Of a stretch of DNA of 64,000 nucleotides, positions 51,233-64,000 are shown piece after piece (within the stretch, counting starts at the first letter, position 1; the number at the start of each line of letters is the position of its first letter). The notes below the pieces were generated by a model. It was not told where the DNA came from, ran no database searches, and was given only the letters and a program-made list of their open reading frames with translations. The stretch is from positions 1,790,274-1,854,273 of the forward strand of contig MU053645.1 in assembly GCA_013239625.1 (NCBI GenBank). Reading direction: 5' to 3'. This stretch comes from Lama guanicoe. Lineage: Eukaryota. A program made the translations under genes and the position numbers.

Positions 51233-54200
51233 AATTTATTGTGGTAAAATATACATGACATGCTATTTATTACTTTAATTATTTGTAAGTGTATAATTCA
51301 ATGGCATTAAATACATTCACAATGTTGTATAACCATCACTACTATTTATACCAAAGCATTTTCATCATTCCCAACAAAAACACTATACCCAACAAACAAT
51401 AACTCCTCTTTTTCCCCCTCCCCTAAGCTCCTGGTAACCACTATTCTACTTTATGTCTTCATAAATTTGCCTATTCTAGATACCTCATACAAGTGGAATC
51501 CTATAATACTTGCCCTTCTTTGTCTGCCTTATTTCACTAAGCATAATGTCTTCAAAGTCAATCTATGGAATAGTAAATATCAAAATAATTCCTATGGCTA
51601 AATATAATTCCATTTTATGTATATACCATATTTTGTGTACCCATTCATTCACCAATGGGATCTGAGGTTGTTTCCACTTTTTGGCTATTGTGAATAATAA
51701 TTCTAGGACACTGGTGTACACGTATCTATTCAAGTCACTGCTTTCAATTATTTTGGGTATATAGCTAGGTGTGGAATTGCTGGGTCACATGGTAGTTCTA
51801 TGTTTAACCTTGTGACAAGTTTTCAAAGTGTTTTCGACTACAGCCACGCTATTTTACATTCCCACCAGCAATGCACAAGAGTTCTAGTTTCTCCATATCC
51901 TTGTTAAAGCTTGTTATTTTACTTTAAAAAAATTTATAGCTATCCTAGTAGGTGTAAACTCGTATCTCATTTTGATTTTGATTTGCATTTCACTAATGAC
52001 TAATGATGTTTAAAATTTTTTTCATGTACTTATTGGCCATTTGTATATCTTCTCCAAACATATGTCTGTTTAAGTCCTTTGTCCATTTTTAAATTGAGTC
52101 ATTTGTTTTTTGTTGTTTAGTTTTAGGAGTCCTTAATATATTCTGGATATTAATCACTTTTAAGATCGATCTATTCCAAATATCACATTCAGTAGGTTGT
52201 CTCTTCATATTCTTGATAGTATCTTTTGGTGTACAAAAGTTCTTGATTTTTGATGAAGTCCAATTTATCTATTTTTGTTGTTGCTGTTGCCTGTGCTGTT
52301 TGGTATCATATCCCTGAAATTGTTGTCAAATCTAGTATCATGAAGTTTTCTCAAATGTTTTCTTCTGAAAGTTGTACAGTTTTAGCTCCTAAGTTTGAGT
52401 CATGGATTCATTTTGAGTTATTTTTTGTATAATGGTATAAAATAAGGGCCCAACTTCATTCTTCTACATGTGGATGTCCAGTTTCCCAGCACCATTTATT
52501 GAAAACACTGTCCCTTCTCCATGGAAGGGTCCTGAAACCCTTGTGGAAGACCAACTGACTACTGATTTTCTGTTTATATGTGGGTTCTCTATTCTATTCC
52601 ATGGGTCTATGTGAATGTCCTTATGCAATTATCATAGTGTTTTAACTACTATAGCTTTGTAGTAAGTTTCAAAGTTGGAAAGTGTGAGTACTCCAAGTTT
52701 ATTTTTTATATTTTCAAGACAATCATGGCTATTCAAGGCCCCTTCCAATTCCATATGAAGTTGAGTGCCAGCTTTCCCTTTTCTGCAAAAAAGGCTGTTT
52801 GAATTTTTATTGCATTGAATCTATAGATCCCTTTTGATAACACTGACATCTTAACAATGTTATGTTTCCTATTGTGAACAAAGAATATCTTTACATTTAT
52901 TTAGGTCTTCTTTAATTTTTTCAAGAATGTTTTATAGCATTCAGCAAACAAATCTTTCACCTCTTTGGTTAAATTATTACAAAACATTTAATTATTTTAG
53001 ATGTTATTGTAAAAGGAACTGCTGTCTTAACTTCCTTTTAGGATAGTTCATTGCTGCTGTATAGAAACACAACTGATTTTTGAGTGTTGTTCTTGTATCC
53101 TGCAACTTTACTAAGTTGGATTACTACCTCGAATAGCTTTCTTGTGGATTACTTGGGATTTTCTGTATAAAAGATCATATCAGCAGTGAGTAGAAATAGT
53201 TTTACCTCTTCCTTTCCAATCTGCTTGTCTTTTGTTTCTTCTTATCTAATAGCTCTGGCTAGAATTTCTAGTACAATAAAGAATACTAATAATGAAAGTG
53301 GGCAGTCATGTCTTGATCTTAGAGGAAAACCTTTCAGCTTTCACCACTGAGTATGATGTCAGCTGTGGAATTTTCATAAATATTTGTTGATCAAGTTGAG
53401 AAAATTTCACTCTATTTCTAGTTTTCTGAGTCTTTATTATGAAAGGGTATGGGATTTTATCAATGCCTTTTCTGTGTCAATTGAGATGACCATATTATTT
53501 TCTTTCATTTGTATTAGTGTGATGTATTACATTGGTTGATTTTCTTATGTTGAAACACTCTTGAATTCCTGGGGGGATAACTCCCATTTGGTTATGCTGA
53601 ATAATACTTTAAATATGCTATTGGATTTTCTTTGCTAATATTTTGTTGATAATATTTGCATTATAGTTATAAAGGATATTAGTTTATAATTTTATTTTCT
53701 TGTAGTATCTTCCTCTGGCTTTGGTATCAGGGTAATGCTGGCCTCACAGAAAGAGTTTCAGGAAGTGTTCCCTTCTCTTCAGTTATTTTGAAAGAATTTG
53801 AGAAGTATTGGTGTTAATTTTTCATTACATGCTTGATAGAATTCACTGGTGAAGGTACCTGGCCCAGGACTTTTCTTTTGGGAAGGTTTTTAATTACTGA
53901 TTCAATGTCTTTGTTCAGGTTTACTGAGATTTTTTACTATGGTAAAAATCACATAAAATTTAACGTCTTAACAATCTTTCAGTGTACAGTTGAGAAGGGT
54001 TAAGTATACTCACATTACTGTGCAAAAAATCTCCAGAACTTTTTCATCTTTCAAAACTGAAACTCTATACCCATTAAACAACTCCCCTCTTCCCCTCCCC
54101 CTAGACCATGGAAACCACTGTTCTACTTTCTGTAAATATGATTTGACTACTTTAGATACTTCACATAAGTGGAATCATATAGTATTTGTCTTTATGTGAC

Positions 54201-57200
54201 TGCTTAATTTCAATTAACATAATGTCATCAAGGTTACTTCCATATTGAAGCATGTGACAGGATTTCCTTCCTTCTAAATACTGAATAAAATTTCATTGTA
54301 TGCATATACACATTTTGTTTATCCATTCATTCTTCAATGGACATTTTGATTGCTTCCACCTCTTGGGTATAGTGAATAGTGCTGAATTCATTTATTAGTT
54401 CTATCAATTTGTATGTGTATGCAATCTTTAGCATTTTCTACATATAAGATCAAGTCATCTGTGAACAGAGAGAATTTTACTTCTTGCTTTCAAAATTGAA
54501 AGCTTTTTCTTTATTTTTGTTGCCTAATTGCTTTGTCTAGGACTTCTAATACTATGTTAAATAGAAGTGGTGAGTGGGTATCCTTGCTTTATTGCTGATT
54601 TTAGAGGGAAAGCTGTCAGGTTTCACCATGACTGCAATGTTAGATGTAGGCTTTTCACATATGACATCTATTATGTTGAAGAAGTTTTCTTCTATTTCTA
54701 GTTTATTGAGTGTTTTTGTCATGAAAAGGGGTTGAATATTTTCAAATTCTTTTTCTGCATGGATTGGTATGATCATGTGGTCTTCTGACTTCATTCTGTT
54801 AATGTGGTGTATTACATTGATTGATCTTCGTGTTCAACCTTGTGTTCCAGAAATAAATCTCACTCAGTTATGGTGTATAATTATTTTAATGTGCTGTGGA
54901 ATTTGGTTTTGTAGTATTCTGCTGGCAGTTTTTGTGCTAATTTTTGTCAAGAATATTGTTCTGTATTTTTCTTTCCTTGTAGTGTCTTATCAGGGTAATG
55001 TTTACCTCAGAATGAGCCTGGAAGTGTTCTCTGCTCTTCAGCTTTTTGGGAAGAGTTTCAGGAGGATGGTTGTTAAATTCTTCAAATGTTTGATAATTCT
55101 CCAGTGAAACCATCTCTTTCTGAACTTTTTTTGCTGGGAGACTTTTGATAACTGATTATATCTTCTTGTTACTGGTCTGTTCAGATTTTCTGTTTCTTCA
55201 TTATTCAGTTTTGGTAGGTTGTTTCTGGGAATGTATCCCTTTCTTCTTGTTTATCCAATTTGTTGGTGTAAACTAGTCCATAGTATTGTTTTATATAATC
55301 TTTTTTATGCTTGTGGCATTAGTTGTAATGTCCCCTGTTCCATTTCTGATTTTAGTTATTTGAGTCTTCTTTTTTTTTTCTTAGTTAATTCAGCTGAGGG
55401 TTTATCAGTTTTGTTGATCTTTTCAAATAACCACCTCTCAGTTTTTTAATCTCTATTTCATTTACATCTTCCCTAATCTTTATTATTTCCTTCCTTCTCC
55501 TAGCTTTGGGTTTAGTTTGTTCTTTTTATTGTTTCTTGAGGTTGTTGCTTTGAAATCTTACTTTTTTAAAAAAAAGTATGCATTTACAGCTGTAAACTTC
55601 CTTCTTGGCCCTGCTTTCCCTGCATCTCAGAAGTTTTGGTATGGTGTGTTTTTGTTTTCATTTGTCTCAAAGTATTTTCTAATTACCCCTGGGATTTCCT
55701 CTTTGAGTCATTGGTTGTTTAAGAGTGTGTTATTTAATTTCCGCATTTATGTATTTTCCCATTTTCCTTTTGTGATTGATTTCTAGTTTAATTCCACTGA
55801 GATCAGAAAAGCTACTTTGTGTGATTTCAATCTTCTTGAATTTAATTTGTTTTGTGGCCTAACATGTGGTCTATCCTGGAGAATATTCCATGTACACTTG
55901 AGAAGAATGTATATTTTGTTGTTGTTGAATGATCTTTATATGGCTGTTACATCCAATTGGACTATATTGTTGTTCAAGTCCTTGATTTCCTCATTGGTCT
56001 TTTGTCTGGTTGTTCTATCACTTTTTGAAAGAGGGGTATTGAAATCTGCTAATATCATTGTATTACTGTCTATTTCCCCTTTCAACTCTGTCAATTTTTA
56101 TTTGAAGCTCTGAGCTTTGGTGCATAAATATTTATATTTGGTATATCTTTTGGTGAATTGATTTTTTATTATTATATAATGTCCTGGTCTCTTACAAGAA
56201 ATTTTGATTTCAAAGTGTATTTTGTCTGATAGTATAGCCATTCTTGCTCTTTTAATCCATTTATATTTTAAAGTAGTTACTGATATAGGACAACTTACTA
56301 TTTCCACTTTAATTGATTTCTGTATTTCTTATAGATTTTTGTCCTTCCTTTCCTCTCTTATTGTCTTCAATTGTATTTCAATGATTTCTTTGTTGTGACA
56401 TGCTGTGGTTTTCTTCTCATTTTCTTTTGTGTATATTCTACAGAAATTTTCTTAGTGGTCACATATAACAATTACAATTGCAATTACATAAAACATCTTA
56501 AAGTTTTAGCATTCTATTTTAAATTATTTTAAGTTGATAAATCACATAAAACTCTATTTAAAAAGGTCCAGCTCCCTCACTTTATGTAATTGATGTCAGA
56601 ATTACATCTTTATATATACCCATTAACATAGATTTACAGTTTTTAAAAAATGCTTTTGTAATTTAACTGTTACATGCTAAAATTACAATAATACAGGTTA
56701 TTATGCTTGTCCATGCATTTCCTTTAACTGGAGAATCTTATATTTTAAATGGCCATTTGTTGCTGTTTACCATTCTTTTATTTCAAGTTGAAGGACTCTC
56801 TTTAGTGTTTCTTATAGAGTAGTTTTAATGACAATAAACTTCCTCAGCTTTTGTTTATCTGATAAAGACTTAATTTCTTCTTCATTTTAAAGAATAGTTT
56901 TGCCAGATAGTGTTTTTAGTTGACAGGGTTCCTCCCCACCCTCGGCACTTTGAATATATCACCCTCCTCTTTTCTGTCCTGAAAGGTTTCTTCTAGGAAA
57001 TCTACTGATAATCTTATGGATGTTCCCTTTTAGGTAACAAGTCATTTTCTCTTTCTGTTCAAGATTCTCTCCTTGTCTTTGACTTTAGTTTGACTATAAT
57101 TATGTCTTGATGTGGTTCTCTTTTAGTTCATCTTAGTTGTTCTTTGAGCTTCTTGAATTTATATGTCCATTTCTTTCCTCAGATTTGAGAAGTTTTTGGC

Positions 57201-60200
57201 CATTATTTATTCAAATAAGCTCTCTGTCCCTTTGTCTCTCCCTCTTCTTTTAGTGTAATACCTACAATGCATATATTGGTCTATTTGATATTGTCCCATA
57301 AGTCCCTTAGGTGCTCTTTACTTTTCTTCATTCACTTTTTTCTCCTCTGGGAGTATGATTTCAAATGACCTGTCTTCAAGTTTGCTGATACTTTGTTCAG
57401 CCTGCTCAGGTCTCCTGTTGAACTCCTCTAGTGAATTGTTCAATTTAGTTATTGTATTTTTCAGCTCCAGAATCTGTGTTTTTTAAAAAATAGTTTCAGT
57501 GTCTTTGTTGATATTTGCATTTTGTTCATGCGTTGTTCTCCTGACTTGACTTAGTTGTCTGTGTTCTCTTTCAGCTCATTGAGAATCTTTTGAACAATTA
57601 TTTTCAATTCTTTGACAGGGAGCTCACAAATCTGCATTTCTTTATGGTTGGTTTCTACAGTTTATTTTGTTCCTTTGATTAGGCCATGTTTTCCTGTTTC
57701 ACTGTATGCTCTATAATTTTTTGCTGGGAATTTGGGCATTTGAAAAAGAAACTACCTCTCCCAGTCTTTGTGTACTGGCTTTGCGCAAGGGAAGGCCTTT
57801 ATCAATCAGCCCAGTTAGAGTTTTTAGAACCTCTCAAATCTTTTCTGATCTCTTGCTCTACCCATTGTATGCCTACAGAACTGCATTTCTAACATGTTGG
57901 TGCTCACTTCTGTTTTCAGCAGCTTCCAAATTATGATACCAGTCCCATCATCACGCCAAGTCAGGTGAGGGGAAAAAAAAAACAGTTCCTCACCAGCCCC
58001 CAGACAAGATAGAAGATTGGATGCATGATCCACACTTTTTCCATACTGTGGGCAAAGCACAGGATGGCAGGTTTCCTCTCAGTTGCATAGTGCTATGCCA
58101 TGTAGATGTAGGGGCACAGATGGACACATAAAACACCACAATTTTTCCTACCCTTTTCTCTGAAATTCATTTTTGGATTTAGATTGGCCTGAGTATTTCG
58201 GTTTCTTAACTGGCTTCTTAATTTATCACAGAGGTAGTCTGGTCAGTATATTTCTGTTAACTCAGATTCTCTGTGGGGGAAAGAGGGCCTGATGCTTCCT
58301 AGTCAGTCATCTTGCTGATATCAGTCCAGTGATGAGATTTTGTATCTTCTTGAGTCAGTTTAGGTAATTTGGGTGTTTCAAGGAATTTCCCCTTTTCTTC
58401 TACGTTTTCTAATTTGTTGAAAAACAACTGTTTATAGTATTTTCTTTTAATACTTTTTATCTTTGTAAGACTGTTAGTAATGTCTCCTCTTTCATTTCTG
58501 ATTTTATTTTATTAACATTTTTATTGATTTATAATAATTTTACAATGTTGTATCATCATTTCTGATTTTAATTGACTCTTCTCTCCCTTTTTTTTTGTCA
58601 GTCTAGGTAAAGTTTTGTCAATATTGCTGATCTTTTCAAATAATCAACTTTAGATTTCATTAATTTTCTCCATCGTTTTTCTATCTTTTATTTTGCTTAT
58701 CTTACCCCCAATCTTTATTATTTACTTCCTTCTGTTACCTTTAGGTTTAGCTTGCTTTTCTTTTCCTAGTTCTGTAAGGTATAAAGTTAAGTTATTGATT
58801 TGAGACCTTTGTCTTTTTTAATGTATGCATTAACAGCTATAAATTTCTCTCTGAGAACTGGTTTTGCTCCATCTAAGTTTTGATATTTTATGTTTTTGTT
58901 TTCAGTCATCTCTAAGTTTTGTTTCTAATTTTCCTTGTGATTTCCTTTTTGACCTATTTGCTGTTTGTGGTAACCTCTGCAATTTGTGAATTTCCAGTTT
59001 TCCTTCTCTTATTGATTCTTAAGTTCATGCTATGTGGTTGGATAAGATACTTTGTATGGTATCTATCTTTTCAAATCTACTGAGACTTGTTTTATGGCTT
59101 AACATATGATCTTCCTCAGAGAATGTGCCATGTGCACTTGAGGAGAATGTATATTCTGCTTTTATTGGGTGGAGTGTTCTGCAAATGTTGATTAGGTCTA
59201 GTTGGCTTATTGTGTTGTTCAACTCTTTTATTTCCTTATTTTCTGCCTGCTTTATCTACACATTATAGAAAATGAGGTCTTTAATTGTTATTTCAGAACT
59301 ATTTATTTCTCCCTACAATTTTGTCAAATTTTGCTTCACATATTTAAGTGTCTACTAGGCATATGAATGTTTATATTTGTTATTATCTTCTGCTGTATTG
59401 AACCTTTATTAATACATAATGTCCTTTTCTGTCTTTCATTATCTTTTTAAAATTTAAGTCCTCTTTTTCTGATATTAGTATAGCCAGCACATCCTTCTAT
59501 TGGTTACTTTTTGCATGGAACATCTTTTTCTGTCCTTTTGTTTTCTACCTATATCTATTCTGGAGCTAAAGGGAGGCTCTTGTAGACAGCATATAGTTGG
59601 ATAATGTTTTTTAAAATAATACCTTCTGAAAATCTGTCTTTTGATTGTAGTGTTTAATTCATTTATAATTAAAGTAATTACTGATAAGGAGAGACTTACT
59701 TCTGTCATTTTGTTACTTGTTTTCCGTATGCCTGATAGCTTTTATGCCCCTAATTTCCTCTATTACTGCCATCTTCTATATTTAATTGATTTTTGTAGTG
59801 AAATGTTTAATTTCCTTCTCATTTTCTTTTGAGTATATTCTATAGATATTTTCTTTGTGGTTACCATGGGAAATACACTTAACATTCTAAAGTCACAACA
59901 ATCTAATTTGAATTTATAACAACTCAACTTAGCCTACAAAATTTTCCTTCTGTGTGGCTCCATCACCCTTCTTTCTATTATTGTTGTCACAGACTATATC
60001 TTTATACATTTTGTGCCTAATAACAGCTTAATGATTGCTTTTTTATGCATTTGTCTTTTAAACCATAAACCTTAAAAAATAAAATGTGGAGTTACAACCT
60101 CACATTCAAATGATGCTAACTTTTATAACTGCCCATTCATTTAACTTTACTGGATATCTTTATTTCTTCATAGAGCTTCAAGTTATTGTCTTGTTTCCTT

Positions 60201-61819
60201 TCATTTTAATCTATAGGACTTCCTTCAGCATTTCTTGCAAGGCATATCTAGTGGAAATGAACTCCCTCAGATTTTGCTTATCTGAGAATGTCTTAATTTA
60301 TCTCCTGCTTTTGAAAAACAGTTTTGCCAAATATAGAATTCTTGGTAGACTTCTTTTTCTTCAGCACTTTAAATATATAAACTCATTACGTTCTAGCCTC
60401 CAAGGTCTCTGATGCTGATAATCTTAATGAGGATCCCTTATATGTGACAAGTCACTTCTCTCTTACTGCTTTCAAGGTTCTCTCTTTATCTTTGTCCTTT
60501 GATAGTTTGATTATAATGTGTCTCAGTGTGGGTCAGTTTGTTTTCTCTACTTGGAGTTCATTAAGCTTCTCAGATTTGTACTTGCATGTATTTCAACAAA
60601 CTTGGGAAGTTTTCAGCCATTATTTCTTTGAATAAGCTCTCTGATTCTTTCTCTATTCTCCTTCTAGGATGCCCACAATGTTTACAATGGTCTGTTTGTC
60701 TGCTTGAAGGTGTCCCGTAGGTCCCTTAGGCTCTGTTCACTTTTATTATTTTTTTCTTCCTGTCCACTAGGCTCTATATTTCCATTGACCTGACTTCAAG
60801 TTAACTGATTCTTTTTCCTGTTGTTCACATATGCTTTTGAACTCCTTGAGTGTATTTTTCATTTCAGTTATTTTAACTTTCAGTTCCAAAATTTCTGTTT
60901 GGTTCCTTTTTATAATTTCTACATCTTTATCAATATTCTCATTTTGTTCATGCAGCATTTTCCTGTTTTGTCAATGTCTTTCTTTAGCTCTTTGAATGTC
61001 TTTAAGACAGTTGCTTTAAAGTCTTTGTCTAGTATGTTTGACATCTGTGCTTCCTCAGGTAAGTTTCCTGTAGATATATTTTGTCCCTTTTAATGAACCA
61101 TATTTTCATGTTTCTTTGTATGCCTTGTGATCTTTTGTTGAAACGGACATTTGAATCTATAATATGGTAACTGGAAATCAGATTACTTTCACCATATCCA
61201 GGGTTTAACTGGTTTTTATTTTATTGCTGTAGGGTGTCTCTGGAAATCAGCCTTAGGTGAAAGTTTAAGGCCTTCTCAGGGCTTTCCTGAGCCTGTATCT
61301 TTCCTTATGCTTCATAATGGCTTTCTAAATTACCCTGTATATGCAGTTGCTTTTGATTATCCAATTTTAAAAAAATAGTGCAGCTCCTTTACATGCCCTG
61401 GAAGCCACCTTAGCTGGTAAAACAGGTAAAACAGTGGTCAGCCTCTGTGCCTGCAACTTAGTGATCAAAGCAACTATCAGCAACCAGCACACAAACCCCT
61501 GATTCTTAGAGGACAATGTTCTTATTGTCTGCCCTGGCTCCAGCAAGTTATGATAGAAATGCAAGTAGTTGTCCCCATAGCTACCTGCCATGGGCCTGGA
61601 AAGTGGAGAATGAGTAGCTGCTAACACACTGAGGGTTGAAATTGACTTATGTTAACCGTAATTTACCAGCCAACCTTTCCCCAGGAAGCTGCAAGAGTTC
61701 AAATAGAATCCAGAGTTCCAAACCAGTCATTTCAGACAGTTTCTGCCAATTAAACTGTTTTCTAAGTGGAGACAGTTTCACAGCACTTTCTACTCCATCA
61801 TCTTCCCTGACATTACTCC
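51233..61819 (-). mobile_element. Apparently full-length old L1 (~6.2 kb net) with 12-bp target-site duplication, split by a nested L1
   Basis: 3' end 'tttattgtggtaaaatatacat' at ~51236. 5' end GGGAGTAATGTCAGGGAAGATGATGGAGTAG on the minus strand at ~61790-61820. CCAAATGCCATT at 51221-51232 and 61820-61831. Endonuclease-like (59025-59708) and ORF1-like (60767-60958) peptides. Confidence 0.85.
53934..58332 (-). mobile_element. Nested L1 (~4.4 kb, both ends present, internally deleted) with 9-bp target-site duplication
   Basis: Has its own 3' end ('ttactatggtaaaaatcacataaaattt') and 5' end (minus GGACTGATATCAGCAAGATGACTGACTAGGAAGC). TGAGATTTT at 53925-53933 and 58333-58341. Confidence 0.8.
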
Positions 61820-63764
61820 CCAAATGCCATTTTTGGAATAATCCATCTTTTCCCCACACTTGTCATGCCATCTTTTATTATACATGAAATCTCTGTATCT
61901 ATTCTGATCAGTTTCTGAATTCCAGTCTGCTCTATAGTTTTATTTTTAATTCATCACCAAATTATTTAATTATTGCAGTTTCATGATAAACATATTTTAA
62001 ATTCAGTTTCACATTTTGAATTTAAGGTCTATTTAAGTTAGTGCTACACTAAAGGAGGAATGAAACAGTAAGACACTAGTGAAATCCATGGTACCTTCTA
62101 GTTTTCACAATCACTACCAAATTATGTCTGTGCATTTTGTCACTTTAATCTAGTGCCTAGCACAGTGCTAATCACAGTGTTACTACTTGATAGAAGATGA
62201 GGATTCCTGGGCAACGTCTGTCAGATAGCAGCTCTTCATGCATGGAAGTCCAGCCCTCACTTGGCAAGAAGGGTACACACTCTGAGTACTCTTGTTAACT
62301 ATTTTTGCCTTCCTTTTCAGATTCTAATGACAGCAGCCCATAGGAGAACCTAACCCTTTGCCTTCTTGGTATGATGCATTCTAGGTTTAGTAAAGGTGAG
62401 GAAATCTTTGTGACATTTATAAAATTATCCAGAAAGGAGGAAAGCAATTGATATCTAATATTTGAATATGAGGCTTAATTAGGTGGACACACTGTCCCTT
62501 CTCATCAGCATCTGCATTCCTTTTAAAAGGTCTCAGGGCTCCCCATTATTGGTTGTTTAGATGCTGCCTATAGCACTTATTAGTGCTACCAGAAAGCTAA
62601 ACTGTCACTCACTTTTAAAATATTAATATGAAAGAATAAACAGAGTCTAATGTCTTAAGCTATGATAACCATCCTCACAGACATATTTTATCTTGTCACA
62701 TTGTCTGCCTAATTTCCTAATGATGTATTTCTTAAAGTGAAAGTGCTGAAGCCAAAAGTTTGGACCTCCTCTGTTCATTGACACTTACCACAAATTACTC
62801 CAGCTTAAAATTCATACCACATTACAGTCCTTATAGGAAGTTACTGACATGCCTGTTTACTCAATCCCTCTGATTTTATGTTTCCAATAATTAAAATGAA
62901 AAACCGTACCATTGTCATAGATGAAAACCAGTATGTTTCTTTCATTACATGTGAATTTAAGCATACCTTTAACATGTTAGTTGGCAATCTTTATTTCTTG
63001 TTTTGTTGCAAATCTCTTCATGCCCTTTACTCATTTTATTTTACATATCCTCATAAATTCCTTAAGATTTGTTCTTACCCCTCCTGGTTCTGAGATGGAT
63101 GCCTTGGTTGGTTAAATCCAAGCCCTGTGGTCTTCTCATGAATCACTGCAAAGCTGCCCTGGGAGGCACTTGTGCATAAGCTCCTGTCAATTACTGATCA
63201 CTAGGTAAGACAACTAACTGTGGCTAAAGCCTGAAACATAGTCCTTGACATAGTGCCCATCCTGTGAGAAATAATGTCAGAATGGCTATATTCCTCACTT
63301 CCCCAATGCCTTATTATTTTATTCCAATTTGTTTCCTATGAATTGGTATAGTTTTCTTGGTGCCACTTATGAAACTGAATTAAATTTGGGCATTCTATGT
63401 AAGTTAGCATTCCCACTTATAAAAATTTATCCTAATGAAATAGTAAAAGATGTCCAAAAATTTAATTAAAATTGTCACCCTTGAAAATCACCAGCTTGTC
63501 ATCTGTTACAGGCCAAAATTTAGAAATGACAGGGGTAAGGCAGCAATACAGTTGCAAGGGGAAAGAAAAATTCTATAGACATTCTCACACACACACACAA
63601 CCATGAATATACACATATATATATACAGTCCTGTGGGCTCTGTTGTTAAAATCATAAATTTGGGGGCAGAAGAAAGAGGGCAAATTAATTAATTCTTTGG
63701 TAGATTGATTCACATGATACACATGAAAAACATACTTTAAGAAATGAAAATAACTAAAAGGAAG

Positions 63765-64000
63765 TTAGTATTAGTTTCCTGTTGCTAGTGTAACAAATTG
63801 CCACAGACTGAGTGGCTAAGAACAACAGAAATTTATCTTCTCATAAGTCTAGAGGGGAGAGATCCAAAATCAGTATAACTAGGCTAAAATCAAGGTGTTG
63901 GTAGAACTGTGCTCCCTTCAGAGAGTCTCAGGAATGAAGAGACTCTTCCAGTATCTGGTGGCTACCAGCATTCCTTGGAATGAGCTGCATTACTCCAATC
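63765..64000 (-). mobile_element. MLT1-type MaLR LTR (runs off the window)
   Basis: 'gtattagtttcctgttgctagtgtaacaaattgccacagactgagtggcta.gaacaacagaaatttatcttctcata'. Confidence 0.75.

Noticed and set aside
41130..61830. Short ORFs resembling reverse transcriptase, endonuclease or ORF1, and many hydrophobic plus-strand ORFs
   Set aside because: Fragmented remnants of dead L1s and their T-rich antisense strand; no intact ORF1 or ORF2.

Overview
Mammalian (eutherian) genomic DNA from the X-linked GPRASP/ARMCX cluster; the tRNA-derived SINEs suggest a camelid, which is an inference. Two genes lie in tandem on the minus strand, each with its CDS in one exon: GPRASP2 (CDS 33072-35648, 858 aa) and BHLHB9/GPRASP3 (CDS 18005-19687, 560 aa). 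A nearly intact processed ATP5PF (ATP5J) retrocopy lies on the plus strand at 9667-9987. The most striking feature is that the two anciently diverged paralogues carry an apparently identical 1,567-bp CpG-island cassette (21089-22655 = 37374-38940, offset 16,285). It covers the promoter, predicted exon 1, intron 1 and predicted exon 2, and has a short diverged tail. This pattern fits recent gene conversion of the regulatory 5' end, although an assembly artefact must be excluded. Two further promoter-like CpG-rich elements sit at ~6.6-7.15 kb (YY1-CRE-RFX-ETS cluster) and ~29.9-30.45 kb (tandem CACGTG/CLEAR boxes). The rest is interspersed repeat, including a ~21-kb L1 block (41-62 kb) with a nested L1-in-L1-in-L1 structure whose target-site duplications are still readable. 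Repeat family names were assigned by eye and are approximate.
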